From positions 1 to 38,617 of the forward strand of contig JADGON010000057.1 of the NCBI GenBank assembly GCA_017882945.1: a DNA stretch of 38,617 nucleotides. The letters run 5' to 3'. Each line of letters starts with the position of its first letter. Position 1 is the first letter of the stretch. This document shows, piece after piece, positions 1 through 7,963 of this stretch. The DNA comes from Acidimicrobiia bacterium (lineage in GTDB: Bacteria; Actinomycetota; Acidimicrobiia; IMCC26256; JAENVU01). The notes under the pieces were generated by a model. It did not search any database, was not told the origin of the DNA, and saw only the letters and a program-made list of their open reading frames with translations. Both the position numbers and the translations under genes were made by a program.

Positions 1-170
1 ACGTCGACCCGCTCGATGATCTTCTCCACGTCGACCCGCTCGATGATCTTCTCGACATCCACCCGGTCGATGATCCCCTCGACGTTCACGTTGTCCAGCA
101 GCGCGTCGATGTTCACCCGGGCCACAATCGAGTCGATCGGCAGCTGTCCCATCAACGAGTCCATGTCGAG
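1..170 (-). repeat. In-frame 27-bp tandem repeat (at least 6.3 units, continuing beyond the window) encoding 9-residue repeats
   Basis: Positions 1..27 and 28..54 are identical at 26 of 27 positions (acgtcgacccgctcgatgatcttctcc/g). The following 27-nt units become progressively degenerate but keep the pattern hydrophobic-D/N-hydrophobic-x-x-I/L-I/L-x-x. Confidence 0.9.
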
Positions 171-674
171 CTGCGCGATGACTGCGGTGGCGAGCTCCGG
201 GGCGAGACGCCGAACGAACTCGGTGACGAGGGCGCGGTTTCTCGCCTGCTCGACCTCGCCGAGGTCACTCCACCGTTCGAGGTATCCCTCGGTCGCCCGC
301 ACCGGTGCGCCGACGAATGGTGCGCGGGCCAAGGTGCCGGCCACCTGGCCGACACCGCGCTCGACCCTGGCCGAGACGTCGAGCATCCGGCGTTGCGCGA
401 CCAGGCCTGCGCCCATGAGCGCGCCGGGGACCAAGCGCATGACCCCGGGTGCTGCGACCTCGCTGCCCGGGTCTGCCGCCTCACCGGGCACGAACCGCTC
501 GATCGCGTCGACCGCGGCCGACGCGGCGATGCTGGCTGCGCCGAGCCCGAGGTCCGTGGCCCGGCGCAGGAAGCCGGTGAACCCGATGGCCGGCGGTTCG
601 GGCCGCGTCCACGGCACGACCGCGTTGGTCGGGGTGACGCGTCCATCGCTCGGGGTCGGCGGCCGCTGGTCCAT
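1..674 (-). CDS. Partial CDS (start present, 3' end runs off the left edge): hypothetical protein whose visible C-terminal part is a tandem nonapeptide repeat (VDVEKIIER type)
   Basis: Absent from the ORF track because it has no stop inside the window. Minus-strand translation from ATG 674..672 (AGGAAG 7 nt upstream; 11 nt after the stop of the upstream kinase gene) reads MDQRPPTPSDGRVTPTNAVVPWTRPEPPAIGFTGFLRRATDLG...ELATAVIAQ. It continues LDMDSLMGQ LPIDSIVAR VNIDALLDN VNVEGIIDR VDVEKIIER VDVEKIIER VDV. The frame is open to position 1 with G/C-rich third positions. Confidence 0.75.
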   Translation of the reverse strand, partial: MDQRPPTPSDGRVTPTNAVVPWTRPEPPAIGFTGFLRRATDLGLGAASIAASAAVDAIERFVPGEAADPGSEVAAPGVMRLVPGALMGAGLVAQRRMLDVSARVERGVGQVAGTLARAPFVGAPVRATEGYLERWSDLGEVEQARNRALVTEFVRRLAPELATAVIAQLDMDSLMGQLPIDSIVARVNIDALLDNVNVEGIIDRVDVEKIIERVDVEKIIERVD

Positions 675-685
675 GGAAGGGCTTC

Positions 686-2062
686 CTACTCCTCGTGGGG
701 CAACCGCGGACCGCCGGGGTCACGGCCTACCGCAACGCCGACCAGTCGACGGATGCCTCCCCGCCGGAACGATTCGGCGACCGCGGCCGGCGAGTAACCC
801 GGGTGGTGCGGCGCCACGCGCACACGCAGCGCCCCCGGGACGATCTCGAAGCGTAGCGGTGAGTTGAAGCGCAGCGCCTCGCCGTCCACACCGGCCTCGA
901 TGGGATCTCCCGAGCGCACCTCGAAGGACGTCGCCTCCCATTCGCGCCAACCAGGGAAGCGAGAGACGCTGCCCGCGGTCTGCGCGGCGACGAGCTCGGC
1001 GACTTCGGCGGCGGTGCGCACCTTCAGCACCACGATGCTGAGCTTGCCCGTGTCCATCCGAGCCCGCGAGCCAAATCCGCCGAGCCGGTCGAGCTTGTAG
1101 CGATTGTTCGAGATCAGCATGAGGTCGGCTTCCTCGTGCGCGTTGCCGTGGGGACCGTCGTACTCCAGGTCGAAGGGCTTGCTGCCGGGGCCCATGAGCA
1201 GCGGGATCATGTCCGCGACGGTTCCGAGCTTGTTGTCGCGGTACGCATCGGACTGCACGATGCGTGCGTACACGCCCAGCGACACGTTGTTGACGAACAC
1301 CCGACCGGCGCAGCGCCCGACATCGACGCGCCGCTCGTAGCCGTGCGCAAACGCCTCGAGCGCGCCGACCACGTCCTCACGGTCGACCCCGAGGTCCAGT
1401 GCGAGATGGTTGCGCGTTCCCGCGGGAATGCAGACGTACGGCAGGTCGTGCTCGACCGCGATCGAGGCCACCAGTGCCTGCGAGCCGTCACCACCCGCCA
1501 TCCCGATCGCGTCCGCACCTCTGGCGACGGCCGCGCGCGCCAGCTGCTCCAGGTCGTCGTCGGGCCCGAGCACCACCGGTTCGATGCCGCGCCGGCGCGC
1601 TTCGTGGGGGAGGTTGAGCTTCTCGACCTTGCCCCCGCCCGACTTGGGGTTCATCAACAGCACGGGCTTGGTGGGAGTGGCGGCAAGCACCCCGGGCGGC
1701 GGGGCGTCGCGCAGCGCACCGCGGTCATGTCCGAGTGCGTAGCGCGCCATCGCCGTGGCGAACGCCGCCAACACCACCACGAGCACGAGCTGAGCGACCG
1801 TCCGGTTGCGCAGCAGGATTGCTCCGGCAATCAGGATCATGGCGACGGTCACGAGCGCGGCCAGTATGCGCGCGAGGTGGAGCCGCGTCACCGAGTAGTA
1901 CGCGGCAACCACCGCGACGACAGCGACGAGCCAAGCGCCGATGAGCGCCGCAAGATCGTCGACGAGGAGGTAGAGGATCGCTGCGAACGTCCCGACGTAC
2001 GCAAGCAATGCCGACACTGCCGCGATCCGACGCATCGCCGCAGGACGGACAGTCTCGTTCAT
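686..2062 (-). CDS. Diacylglycerol kinase catalytic-domain (LCB5/YegS-like) lipid kinase with N-terminal multi-span membrane region
   Basis: ORF 686..2539 trimmed to ATG at 2062 (MNETVRPAAMRR...), which overlaps the upstream stop as ATGA. The N-terminus has about 3-4 hydrophobic helices (IAAVSALLAYVGTFAAILYLLV, ILAALVTVAMILIAGAILL, LVLVVVLAAFATAMA). The kinase core follows: VLLMNPKSGGGK...GMAGGDGSQALVA...VCIPAGTRNHLALDLG. Confidence 0.85.
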   Translation of the reverse strand: MNETVRPAAMRRIAAVSALLAYVGTFAAILYLLVDDLAALIGAWLVAVVAVVAAYYSVTRLHLARILAALVTVAMILIAGAILLRNRTVAQLVLVVVLAAFATAMARYALGHDRGALRDAPPPGVLAATPTKPVLLMNPKSGGGKVEKLNLPHEARRRGIEPVVLGPDDDLEQLARAAVARGADAIGMAGGDGSQALVASIAVEHDLPYVCIPAGTRNHLALDLGVDREDVVGALEAFAHGYERRVDVGRCAGRVFVNNVSLGVYARIVQSDAYRDNKLGTVADMIPLLMGPGSKPFDLEYDGPHGNAHEEADLMLISNNRYKLDRLGGFGSRARMDTGKLSIVVLKVRTAAEVAELVAAQTAGSVSRFPGWREWEATSFEVRSGDPIEAGVDGEALRFNSPLRFEIVPGALRVRVAPHHPGYSPAAVAESFRRGGIRRLVGVAVGRDPGGPRLPHEE

Positions 2063-2736
2063 GGGAACGGCGGGCCGTCGAGGCGGTCGATGGTGGTGAA
2101 CTCCTCCACCGGGCGGCGGGTCAATCGGGTCGGGAACTTCTCGGGCACACCCAGCGCGACGACGGCAGCGATCCCGATCTCGGGCGGGAACCCGAGCAGA
2201 TCGCTTGCCGCCGCTTCCTGGCGCGCGAGGAAGGAGGTGATCACCCCGCCGAGGCCCTCTTCGTGCGCCGACAGGAGCAGGTTCTGCACGAAGGGATATA
2301 CGGACGCGCCACCGATGATGCTCTGGCGCTGCAATCCCCAGTCCAGGACCGCGAGACTCGGGAGATGCGCCCCGATGACGAGCAGCGCGGGCACCTGGTC
2401 GAGGTCGTCGACGAAGGAAGACGGCCGCGCCGTCGCACGCGCCACCTCGAGGTCGATCTCCGATCGATTGGGCAGACCGTCCGGGCCGGGGGCGAACGGG
2501 ACTTCGCCCGCTTCGATGAACGCGGCGTACTCGCGCCAACCCAACACGACGAGATCCCTGAGCTTGCGTCGTTGTTGGGGATCCTCGATCACGATGACGC
2601 GCCAGGGCTGCCGGTTGCCGCCGCTCGGTGCGAATCGCGCGCGTTCGAGGACGCGGGAGATCGTGGCGTCGTCGACCGGCGCGTCCGTGAAGGCACGGGC
2701 CGCGCCGGTGGTGCGCATGACGAGATCGAGTTCCAT
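2059..2736 (-). CDS. Nitroreductase-family (FMN) oxidoreductase
   Basis: ORF 2059..2889 trimmed to ATG 2736 (MELDLVMRTTGAARAFTDAPVDDATISRVLERARFAPSGGNRQPWRVIVI...), typical of the nitroreductase fold. The start overlaps the upstream stop (TGATG) and the stop overlaps the downstream start (ATGA). Confidence 0.85.
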   Translation of the reverse strand: MELDLVMRTTGAARAFTDAPVDDATISRVLERARFAPSGGNRQPWRVIVIEDPQQRRKLRDLVVLGWREYAAFIEAGEVPFAPGPDGLPNRSEIDLEVARATARPSSFVDDLDQVPALLVIGAHLPSLAVLDWGLQRQSIIGGASVYPFVQNLLLSAHEEGLGGVITSFLARQEAAASDLLGFPPEIGIAAVVALGVPEKFPTRLTRRPVEEFTTIDRLDGPPFP

Positions 2737-3617
2737 CAACCCCTCCTGATCATCGTGCTGCCGTACTCGCGCATGCGCTCGATCCACTCGGCCCGGCTCG
2801 ACACGGCGTCGAACTGCACCGCGAGCCAGGTGACCCCGAGCGCCTCGTACTCCGTCGCCGGGTCGTCGAGCCTGAAGGGGGCGAAGCACACGTCGAGCGG
2901 CTGGGTTCGGCCGACGGCGATGCCGTGCTCGCGGGCCGCGTCGAGGCGCACCGCGAGGTCGTCGAGCGAGGTGATCGCGGGGGTCTTCGTGGCCCGGGCC
3001 GCGGCAGGAGGGTTCGGGAACGGCACCCAGCCCTCACCGAGCTCGACCGCGCGCCGCATCGCGCGGTTGCTGTTCCCACCGACCCAGATCGGCGGGGAGG
3101 GCCGGCTCGCTGGTCGCGGGCGCATCGTGACGGCACGGGCCTTGAAGTGCCGGCCCTCGACCGCGACCTCGTCCCCGGTCCACACGCGCCGCATCACCTC
3201 GATCGATTCGTCGAGCAGCTCGTTGCGCTCGTCGAAGTCCACTCCCAACGCGCCGAACTCGGGACGCAAGTAGCCCGCCGCGACCCCGAGGATGACCCGG
3301 CCCCCCGAGAGCGCATCCAGTGTGGCGACTCCCTTCGCCGCGAGGAACGGGTTGCGATAAGCGGCGACGTAGACGTGCGTCTGGAGCCGCACGGTCCTCG
3401 TCGACGCAGCCGCGAACGCGAGCCCCACGAGTGGCTCGAGTGCGTGATGCCCTCCGCCGTCGAGCCACTGCTGGTCCGCGGCGGGATGATCGGTGACGTA
3501 GACCGCGTCGAACCCCGCCGCTTCAGCGGCCGCGGCCATCTCCATGACGGCCGGTCCGGTGACGAACTCGTCGGCCTGGTCGACGTGGTCGACGGGGAGA
3601 CCCACGCTGAATCGCAT
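2736..3617 (-). CDS. LLM-class (luciferase-like) F420-dependent oxidoreductase
   Basis: 293-aa ORF MRFSVGLPVDHV...FDAVYVTDHP...GGRVILGVAAGYLRPEFGALGVDFDERNELLDESIEVMRRVW. This matches the luciferase-like monooxygenase family pattern seen in actinobacterial F420 enzymes. Confidence 0.85.
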   Translation of the reverse strand: MRFSVGLPVDHVDQADEFVTGPAVMEMAAAAEAAGFDAVYVTDHPAADQQWLDGGGHHALEPLVGLAFAAASTRTVRLQTHVYVAAYRNPFLAAKGVATLDALSGGRVILGVAAGYLRPEFGALGVDFDERNELLDESIEVMRRVWTGDEVAVEGRHFKARAVTMRPRPASRPSPPIWVGGNSNRAMRRAVELGEGWVPFPNPPAAARATKTPAITSLDDLAVRLDAAREHGIAVGRTQPLDVCFAPFRLDDPATEYEALGVTWLAVQFDAVSSRAEWIERMREYGSTMIRRG

Positions 3618-3668
3618 GGGCGCACGCTACCGTCGCGGCCAACGACGCCTCCGGAGGTCCGTACCGCA

Positions 3669-4913
3669 ATGACCAGCCTGACGACCGACGCCATCGATCT
3701 CAGCGACATCGAATTCTGGGCCAAGCCCGAGGCCGAGCGCGAAGCCGTGTTCCAGTTCCTGCGGGATCAGGCGCCGATCACGTTCTACGACGAGATCCTC
3801 ATCGAGGGCTTCCCCCAGGGACCCGGGTACTGGGCGCTCACCCGCTACGCCGACGTCATGCACGTGAGCCGTCACCCCGAGCTGTTCGTCTCCGGCCGCG
3901 GTGGCACGAACATCGGTGACATCCCCCAGGAGCTCGCGGAGTTCCTCGGCTCGATCATCAACATGGACGACCCTCGGCACAAGAAGCTTCGCGGGCTCAT
4001 CAGCTCCGGTTTCGCGCCCAAGCACCTCAACCAGCTGCTCGAGCAGGTGCAGGTGCGCGCCAAGGGTGTCGTTGATGCGGTTGCCGCCAAGGGTGAGTGC
4101 GACTTCGTGAGCGAGATCGCGGCGCTGATGCCGTTGCAGATCGTCTGCGACATGGTCGGGGTGCCGCCGTCACTGGAGCAGTCGGTCTTCGCTCAGAGCA
4201 ACATCATCCTGGGGGTCGGCGACCCGGAGTACGTCCAGAGCTACGAGGACCTGATGGGCGCGTTCATGACGCTGCACCAGATGGCCATGGAGCTCGGCCA
4301 GCACCGGTTGGACAATCCGACCGACGACATCACCAGCATCCTCATGCACGCCGAGGTCGACGGGGAGCGGCTGACGGTGCCCGAGTTCGCCTCGTTCTTC
4401 ATCTTGCTCGTCGTCGCGGGCAACGAGACGACCCGCACCGCGATCAGCCACGGGATGCTCGCCCTCCAGGAGAATCCCGACCAGAAGGCGCTCTGGATGA
4501 GCGACTTCGATCGGTACGCGCAAGACGCGGTCGAGGAGATCGTGCGCTGGGCCACCCCGGTCATCCACTTCCGCCGCACCGCAACCCAGGACACCGAGAT
4601 CAGCGGCCATCCGATCAAGGAGAACGAGAAGGTCGTGATGTTCTTCAACTCGGCGAATCGCGACGAGCGCGCGTTCGAGCGGCCGTACGAGTTCGACATC
4701 ACGCGGTCACCGAACCCGCACGTCGGCTACGGCGGTGGCGGACCCCACTTCTGTCTCGGCGCGAACCTCGCCCGCCGCGAGATCCGGGTGATGTTCGAGG
4801 AGCTCTTCATGCGCCTCCCCGACCTCGAGATCACGGGCGAGCCTGCGCGGCTGCAGTCCAGCTTCATCCACGGCATCAAGCGCATGCCGTGCGCCTTCAC
4901 CCCCAACGGCTGA
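3669..4913 (+). CDS. Cytochrome P450 monooxygenase
   Basis: ORF 2925..4913 trimmed to ATG 3669 (MTSLTTDAIDLSDIEFWAKP...). It has the I-helix VVAGNETT, EXXR (EEIVRW) and the heme-thiolate loop GYGGGGPHFCLGANLA. The N-terminal pattern resembles the CYP124/125/142 group, but the subfamily is not assigned. Confidence 0.9.
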   Translation: MTSLTTDAIDLSDIEFWAKPEAEREAVFQFLRDQAPITFYDEILIEGFPQGPGYWALTRYADVMHVSRHPELFVSGRGGTNIGDIPQELAEFLGSIINMDDPRHKKLRGLISSGFAPKHLNQLLEQVQVRAKGVVDAVAAKGECDFVSEIAALMPLQIVCDMVGVPPSLEQSVFAQSNIILGVGDPEYVQSYEDLMGAFMTLHQMAMELGQHRLDNPTDDITSILMHAEVDGERLTVPEFASFFILLVVAGNETTRTAISHGMLALQENPDQKALWMSDFDRYAQDAVEEIVRWATPVIHFRRTATQDTEISGHPIKENEKVVMFFNSANRDERAFERPYEFDITRSPNPHVGYGGGGPHFCLGANLARREIRVMFEELFMRLPDLEITGEPARLQSSFIHGIKRMPCAFTPNG

Positions 4914-4923
4914 GCGCGCGCGG

Positions 4924-4947
4924 CGGCCGGCCATCTCTGGCCGGCCG
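4924..4947. terminator. Perfect 9-bp stem / 6-nt loop hairpin between convergent genes (candidate bidirectional terminator)
   Basis: CGGCCGGCC-atctct-GGCCGGCCG sits in the 59-nt gap between the P450 stop (4913) and the minus-strand gene ending at 4973. There is no clear U-tract, so termination is inferred. Confidence 0.5.
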
Positions 4948-4972
4948 CGGTCCGCGAGCTCGAGGGCCTCAG

Positions 4973-5281
4973 TCACATCGCGATGGTCTCGTACACCTCC
5001 ACCGTGCCGCCCGCGCTGAGGACCGGGCAACCGCCGGCCAGCTTCGCCGCGAGCTCCAGGCTCTCGGCCTCGAGCACCGAGTAGCCACCCAGACCGGCGG
5101 TCGCGGCACCCGCAGATCCGTCGGAGTTCACCGCGGTGGACGCGCCGAACGGGTTCCCACCGTCGATCACGGCCGAGCCGAGCGTGCCGAACCAGTCGAT
5201 CCACGCCTTCATGACCGCTTCCTGCGCCTCGGGCGTCTCGGCCATCGAACCGCCCTTGTAGGCGAACACGTACTTGCCCAT
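4973..5281 (-). CDS. Small (102 aa) conserved hypothetical protein, tentatively YciI-like / dimeric alpha-beta-barrel family
   Basis: ORF 4973..5446 trimmed to ATG 5281 (MGKYVFAYKGGSMAETPEAQEAVMKAWIDWFGTLGSAVIDGGNPFG...GCPVLSAGGTVEVYETIAM) with GGGAGC upstream. The coding call is solid; the family call is from memory only. Confidence 0.7.
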   Translation of the reverse strand: MGKYVFAYKGGSMAETPEAQEAVMKAWIDWFGTLGSAVIDGGNPFGASTAVNSDGSAGAATAGLGGYSVLEAESLELAAKLAGGCPVLSAGGTVEVYETIAM

Positions 5282-5375
5282 TCGCTGCTCCCTTGGTCGG
5301 GGCACCCGCTCGGCGCCGCTACCCCTACGACGAAGAACGCCAGCGCGATCGACAGCTCGACGCGAAGAATCTCCG

Positions 5376-5392
5376 GGCCCGCCCGCCGGGCC
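5376..5392 (-). terminator. Weak candidate terminator hairpin downstream of the PaaX-family gene
   Basis: On the minus strand, GGCCCG-gcggg-CGGGCC is followed by cggagATTCTTC, about 70 nt after the stop at 5462. The stem is short and the T-tract poor. Confidence 0.25.
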
Positions 5393-5461
5393 GCGCACCT
5401 GCCGTTCCGGCGGGAGAAAGGGCGGGGTCAACCCCGATCTCGGCATGTGAGCCGGACCCGG

Positions 5462-6262
5462 TCAACGTCCGTGGCGGAACCAGGTTCGCGCGGCGGTGTC
5501 GAAGGCGCGCTGGTAGTGGGCGTACTCGTGCCGAAGCGATTCTCCCGGCCAGTCCGATGGGAGGAGCGCGGGTGGGAGCAGCGGGTCGCTCCCGATGTGA
5601 CGCAGCGCAGCTGCACCCGCGACGAACGCGTCGGCGACGATCTCTCCCGCTTCGGTCTCGAGCCGGACCGTCAACGCGCCGAGCCGCGCGGTGAGCGCGC
5701 TCGCGCGTTGGGCCCAGCGCTTCGGTTGGAAGAGCCGATTCGCGAGCGCGACGGGATCGTCCTCCGGGCGCGCGGTGAGCCACTCGCACTGGGTGCGGGC
5801 AACCGCGGGGATGTCGAGCTCGAGGTTGTCCGGCCGCAGCCAGACTCCTTCGCGCCGCTCGCACAGGTGGAGCCGGCGCATCGCGTCCCGGAGCCCGGCG
5901 CGCGTCCGTGCATCACGACGACTCGCGACCACCACCGCGACACGCCAGTCGCCATCCCAGCTCCGCACCCGCGGCGTCAAGCTGGTCTCCTGCCGCACCT
6001 GACGACCCGCGAGACGACCGGAGAGGCAGTACACGCCGTCGGTCGCGACGAGCTCGCCCTTGGCCATCATGCGGTGGAGCGCGACTCGCGCCGTCCCTTC
6101 CGCGATGCCGAACAGATGGCACCACCGCACGAGGTCCGCGACCGGCGCTTCGGGCGGCCGGCGTCCCAGCAGCAGGCTGGCCATGACGGAACGGGCCGAG
6201 AGCGGCCGCTCGAGCAGTGGTTCCGGATCCGAATCGAGGGGGATATTACGTGATTGCTGCAT
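5462..6262 (-). CDS. paaX: PaaX-family transcriptional repressor
   Basis: 266-aa ORF with an N-terminal winged-helix-like segment (SARSVMASLLLG...LFGIAEGTARVALHRMMAKGELV). The central and C-terminal parts (WDGDWRVAVVV...REGVWLRPDN...) match the PaaX/PaaX_C arrangement. Confidence 0.8.
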   Translation of the reverse strand: MQQSRNIPLDSDPEPLLERPLSARSVMASLLLGRRPPEAPVADLVRWCHLFGIAEGTARVALHRMMAKGELVATDGVYCLSGRLAGRQVRQETSLTPRVRSWDGDWRVAVVVASRRDARTRAGLRDAMRRLHLCERREGVWLRPDNLELDIPAVARTQCEWLTARPEDDPVALANRLFQPKRWAQRASALTARLGALTVRLETEAGEIVADAFVAGAAALRHIGSDPLLPPALLPSDWPGESLRHEYAHYQRAFDTAARTWFRHGR

Positions 6263-6280
6263 CTGTTGTAATCACCGTAA
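6246..6280. promoter_or_regulatory. Imperfect inverted repeat in the paaX/desaturase divergent region (candidate operator)
   Basis: TTACGTGATT (6246..6255) - 14 nt - AATCACCGTAA (6270..6280). The arms are reverse complements apart from one extra C. The left arm overlaps the first codons of paaX (start 6262), and the right arm ends 10 nt before the desaturase GTG (6290). Confidence 0.4.
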
Positions 6281-6289
6281 CATCACCTC

Positions 6290-7258
6290 GTGGCCACGAG
6301 TGACGCGACGACCAAGACGATGGTGCCGGACCCGGAGCTCCTCGTCGCCCCGAGCCCGGACAGCCGTGTCACCGCGATCGGCAAGCCGGTCCCCGAATGG
6401 CGCGAAGACCTCCGGCGCATCCCGTCGCTGCGCAACGCCGTCTCCGTCGTCGTGCTCTACGTGATGACGATCGGGATCATCGGGCTGGCAGTCTGGGCCA
6501 ACCATCCGGCGGTGTGGGTCCTCGCGTTCCTCGCCATGGGTCCGATGATCGCCCGCTTCAACATCTTCATGCACGAGGCTGCGCACCGTCTGCTCTTCAC
6601 GAACCGGTCGGCCAACGACTTCGTCGGTCGCTGGTTCCTCGGCTTCCCCGTCTTCGCTCCGATCGACCTCTACCGCCGCGGGCACATGGCGCACCACCGC
6701 GAGGAGTTCGGTCCGAACGAGCCGGACATTCCCCTGTACACCGGCTACCCGATCAAGCGCGACTCGATGCGCCGCAAGCTCACGCGTGATGCGCTCGGCA
6801 TCACCGGCACGAAGCTCATGCGCGGCCTGTTCCGCGGGTTGCGTTCCGAGAACGCCGCGATCAAGCAGCAGGCCTGGAAGATCCTGGCCACCCAGGTCGT
6901 GATCCTCGGCCTCTTCACGCTCGCCGGTCACCCGTGGCTGTACCTCTTCCTCTGGCTGCTCCCCGACCTCACGGTCTGGCGAGTGATGAACCGGCTGCGC
7001 TCGATCGCCGAGCACGGCGGCATGCAAGCCTCGGCCGACCGGCGCAACACCACCCACTCGGTGCGCCAATCCCTGCCGGCTCGACTCACGATCGTGCCGT
7101 ACAACACGGGCTGGCATCTCGCCCACCACGTCGACTCCGGCATCCCGTTCCGGAAGCTGCCCGAGTACCACGCGGAGCTGATCCGCTCCGGGTACGTGCA
7201 GCCTCCACTCGAGTACCCGACCTACCGGGCGCTCTGGCGCAAGCTCGCCTCCGGCTGA
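6290..7258 (+). CDS. Membrane fatty-acid desaturase family protein (di-iron, three His boxes)
   Basis: His boxes HEAAH, HMAHH and HLAHH plus several hydrophobic spans. The start is either GTG 6290 or in-frame ATG 6320. The stop at 7258 lies 3 nt before the next gene. Confidence 0.85.
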   Translation: MATSDATTKTMVPDPELLVAPSPDSRVTAIGKPVPEWREDLRRIPSLRNAVSVVVLYVMTIGIIGLAVWANHPAVWVLAFLAMGPMIARFNIFMHEAAHRLLFTNRSANDFVGRWFLGFPVFAPIDLYRRGHMAHHREEFGPNEPDIPLYTGYPIKRDSMRRKLTRDALGITGTKLMRGLFRGLRSENAAIKQQAWKILATQVVILGLFTLAGHPWLYLFLWLLPDLTVWRVMNRLRSIAEHGGMQASADRRNTTHSVRQSLPARLTIVPYNTGWHLAHHVDSGIPFRKLPEYHAELIRSGYVQPPLEYPTYRALWRKLASG

Positions 7259-7261
7259 CGC

Positions 7262-7963
7262 GTGGGTCGACTCGCGGTCATCGGCGGCACCGGCGTTCGC
7301 GACAGCCGGTTCGGCGGGAACGCTTCGACGATCTCGGTCGAGGGGGTGACGCTGCTCGACACGGGTTCGTTCCTGCTCCTCCAGCGCCACGGGTTCGACC
7401 AATACGTCCGTGCCCATGAGATCGACCATCGGGCGAACGTCCTCGCGTTGCAGTCGGCGGGTTGCGACCGCGTGCTCTCGCTCTCCTCCACCGGGAGCCT
7501 CCGCGCCGACTGGCCGGTCGGGACATTCGTGTGCCCCGACGACTTCTACGCGCCGCACGCGACCGACACCGTGCACGACGACGCGCGAAGCCACACCGTC
7601 CCAGGGTTCGACCGTGCGTGGCGGGCGCGCATCCTCGAAGCCTGGAAGGTGAACGCCGCGACTCCGATCCTCGACGGCGGGGTGTACACGCAGACGCGTG
7701 GACCTCGCTTCGAGACCCCGGCCGAGGTGCGCGCGCTGGCCCGGATCGGCGATCTCGTCGGCATGACCATCGCAGCCGAGTGCATCCTGGCCAAGGAGGT
7801 CGGGATCGCGTACGCGGCGGTATGTGTGGTCGACAACCTCGCGAACGGACTCGATGCGGAGCCGCTCACCATCGAGCAGTTTCAGGCCGCCGTCGAGGCA
7901 AATCAGCGCGCCCTGCTCACCGATCTCGCTACCGTGCTGCCCGTGCTGGCCGGACCCGCCTGA
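7262..7963 (+). CDS. MTAP-family purine nucleoside phosphorylase (5'-methylthioadenosine or methylthioinosine phosphorylase)
   Basis: GTG start. The sequence is LAVIGGTGV...LQRHG...VLSLSSTGSL...GVYTQTRGPRFETPAEVRALARIGDLVGMTIAAECILAKEVGIAYAAVCVVDN, typical of the MTAP/PNP-I family. Confidence 0.8.
   Translation: MGRLAVIGGTGVRDSRFGGNASTISVEGVTLLDTGSFLLLQRHGFDQYVRAHEIDHRANVLALQSAGCDRVLSLSSTGSLRADWPVGTFVCPDDFYAPHATDTVHDDARSHTVPGFDRAWRARILEAWKVNAATPILDGGVYTQTRGPRFETPAEVRALARIGDLVGMTIAAECILAKEVGIAYAAVCVVDNLANGLDAEPLTIEQFQAAVEANQRALLTDLATVLPVLAGPA

Noticed and set aside
1-170. Whether the 27-bp direct repeats at the start of the window are a CRISPR array.
   Set aside because: The units are contiguous with no spacers. 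They are in frame in an open reading frame with a conserved amino-acid periodicity, and no cas genes are present.
16-867. 283-aa plus-strand ORF (and the overlapping ORFs 152..646, 393..797, 481..723) at the left edge.
   Set aside because: Their translations are Ser/Arg/Ala/Pro-rich low-complexity sequence, typical of wrong-frame reading in GC-rich DNA. The minus-strand frame open from 674 to position 1 has an SD and sensible composition, and it explains the 27-bp periodicity.
2925-3668. Long N-terminal extensions offered by the ORF track for the P450. The same applies to ilvC, ilvN, gatB, gatC, the amidases, the AtuA-like gene, both LLM-adjacent genes and the SCP2 and ferredoxin genes.
   Set aside because: The extensions overlap neighbouring genes on the other strand and are compositionally aberrant. 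They also precede internal starts that restore canonical family N-termini and carry SD sequences or stop/start overlaps.
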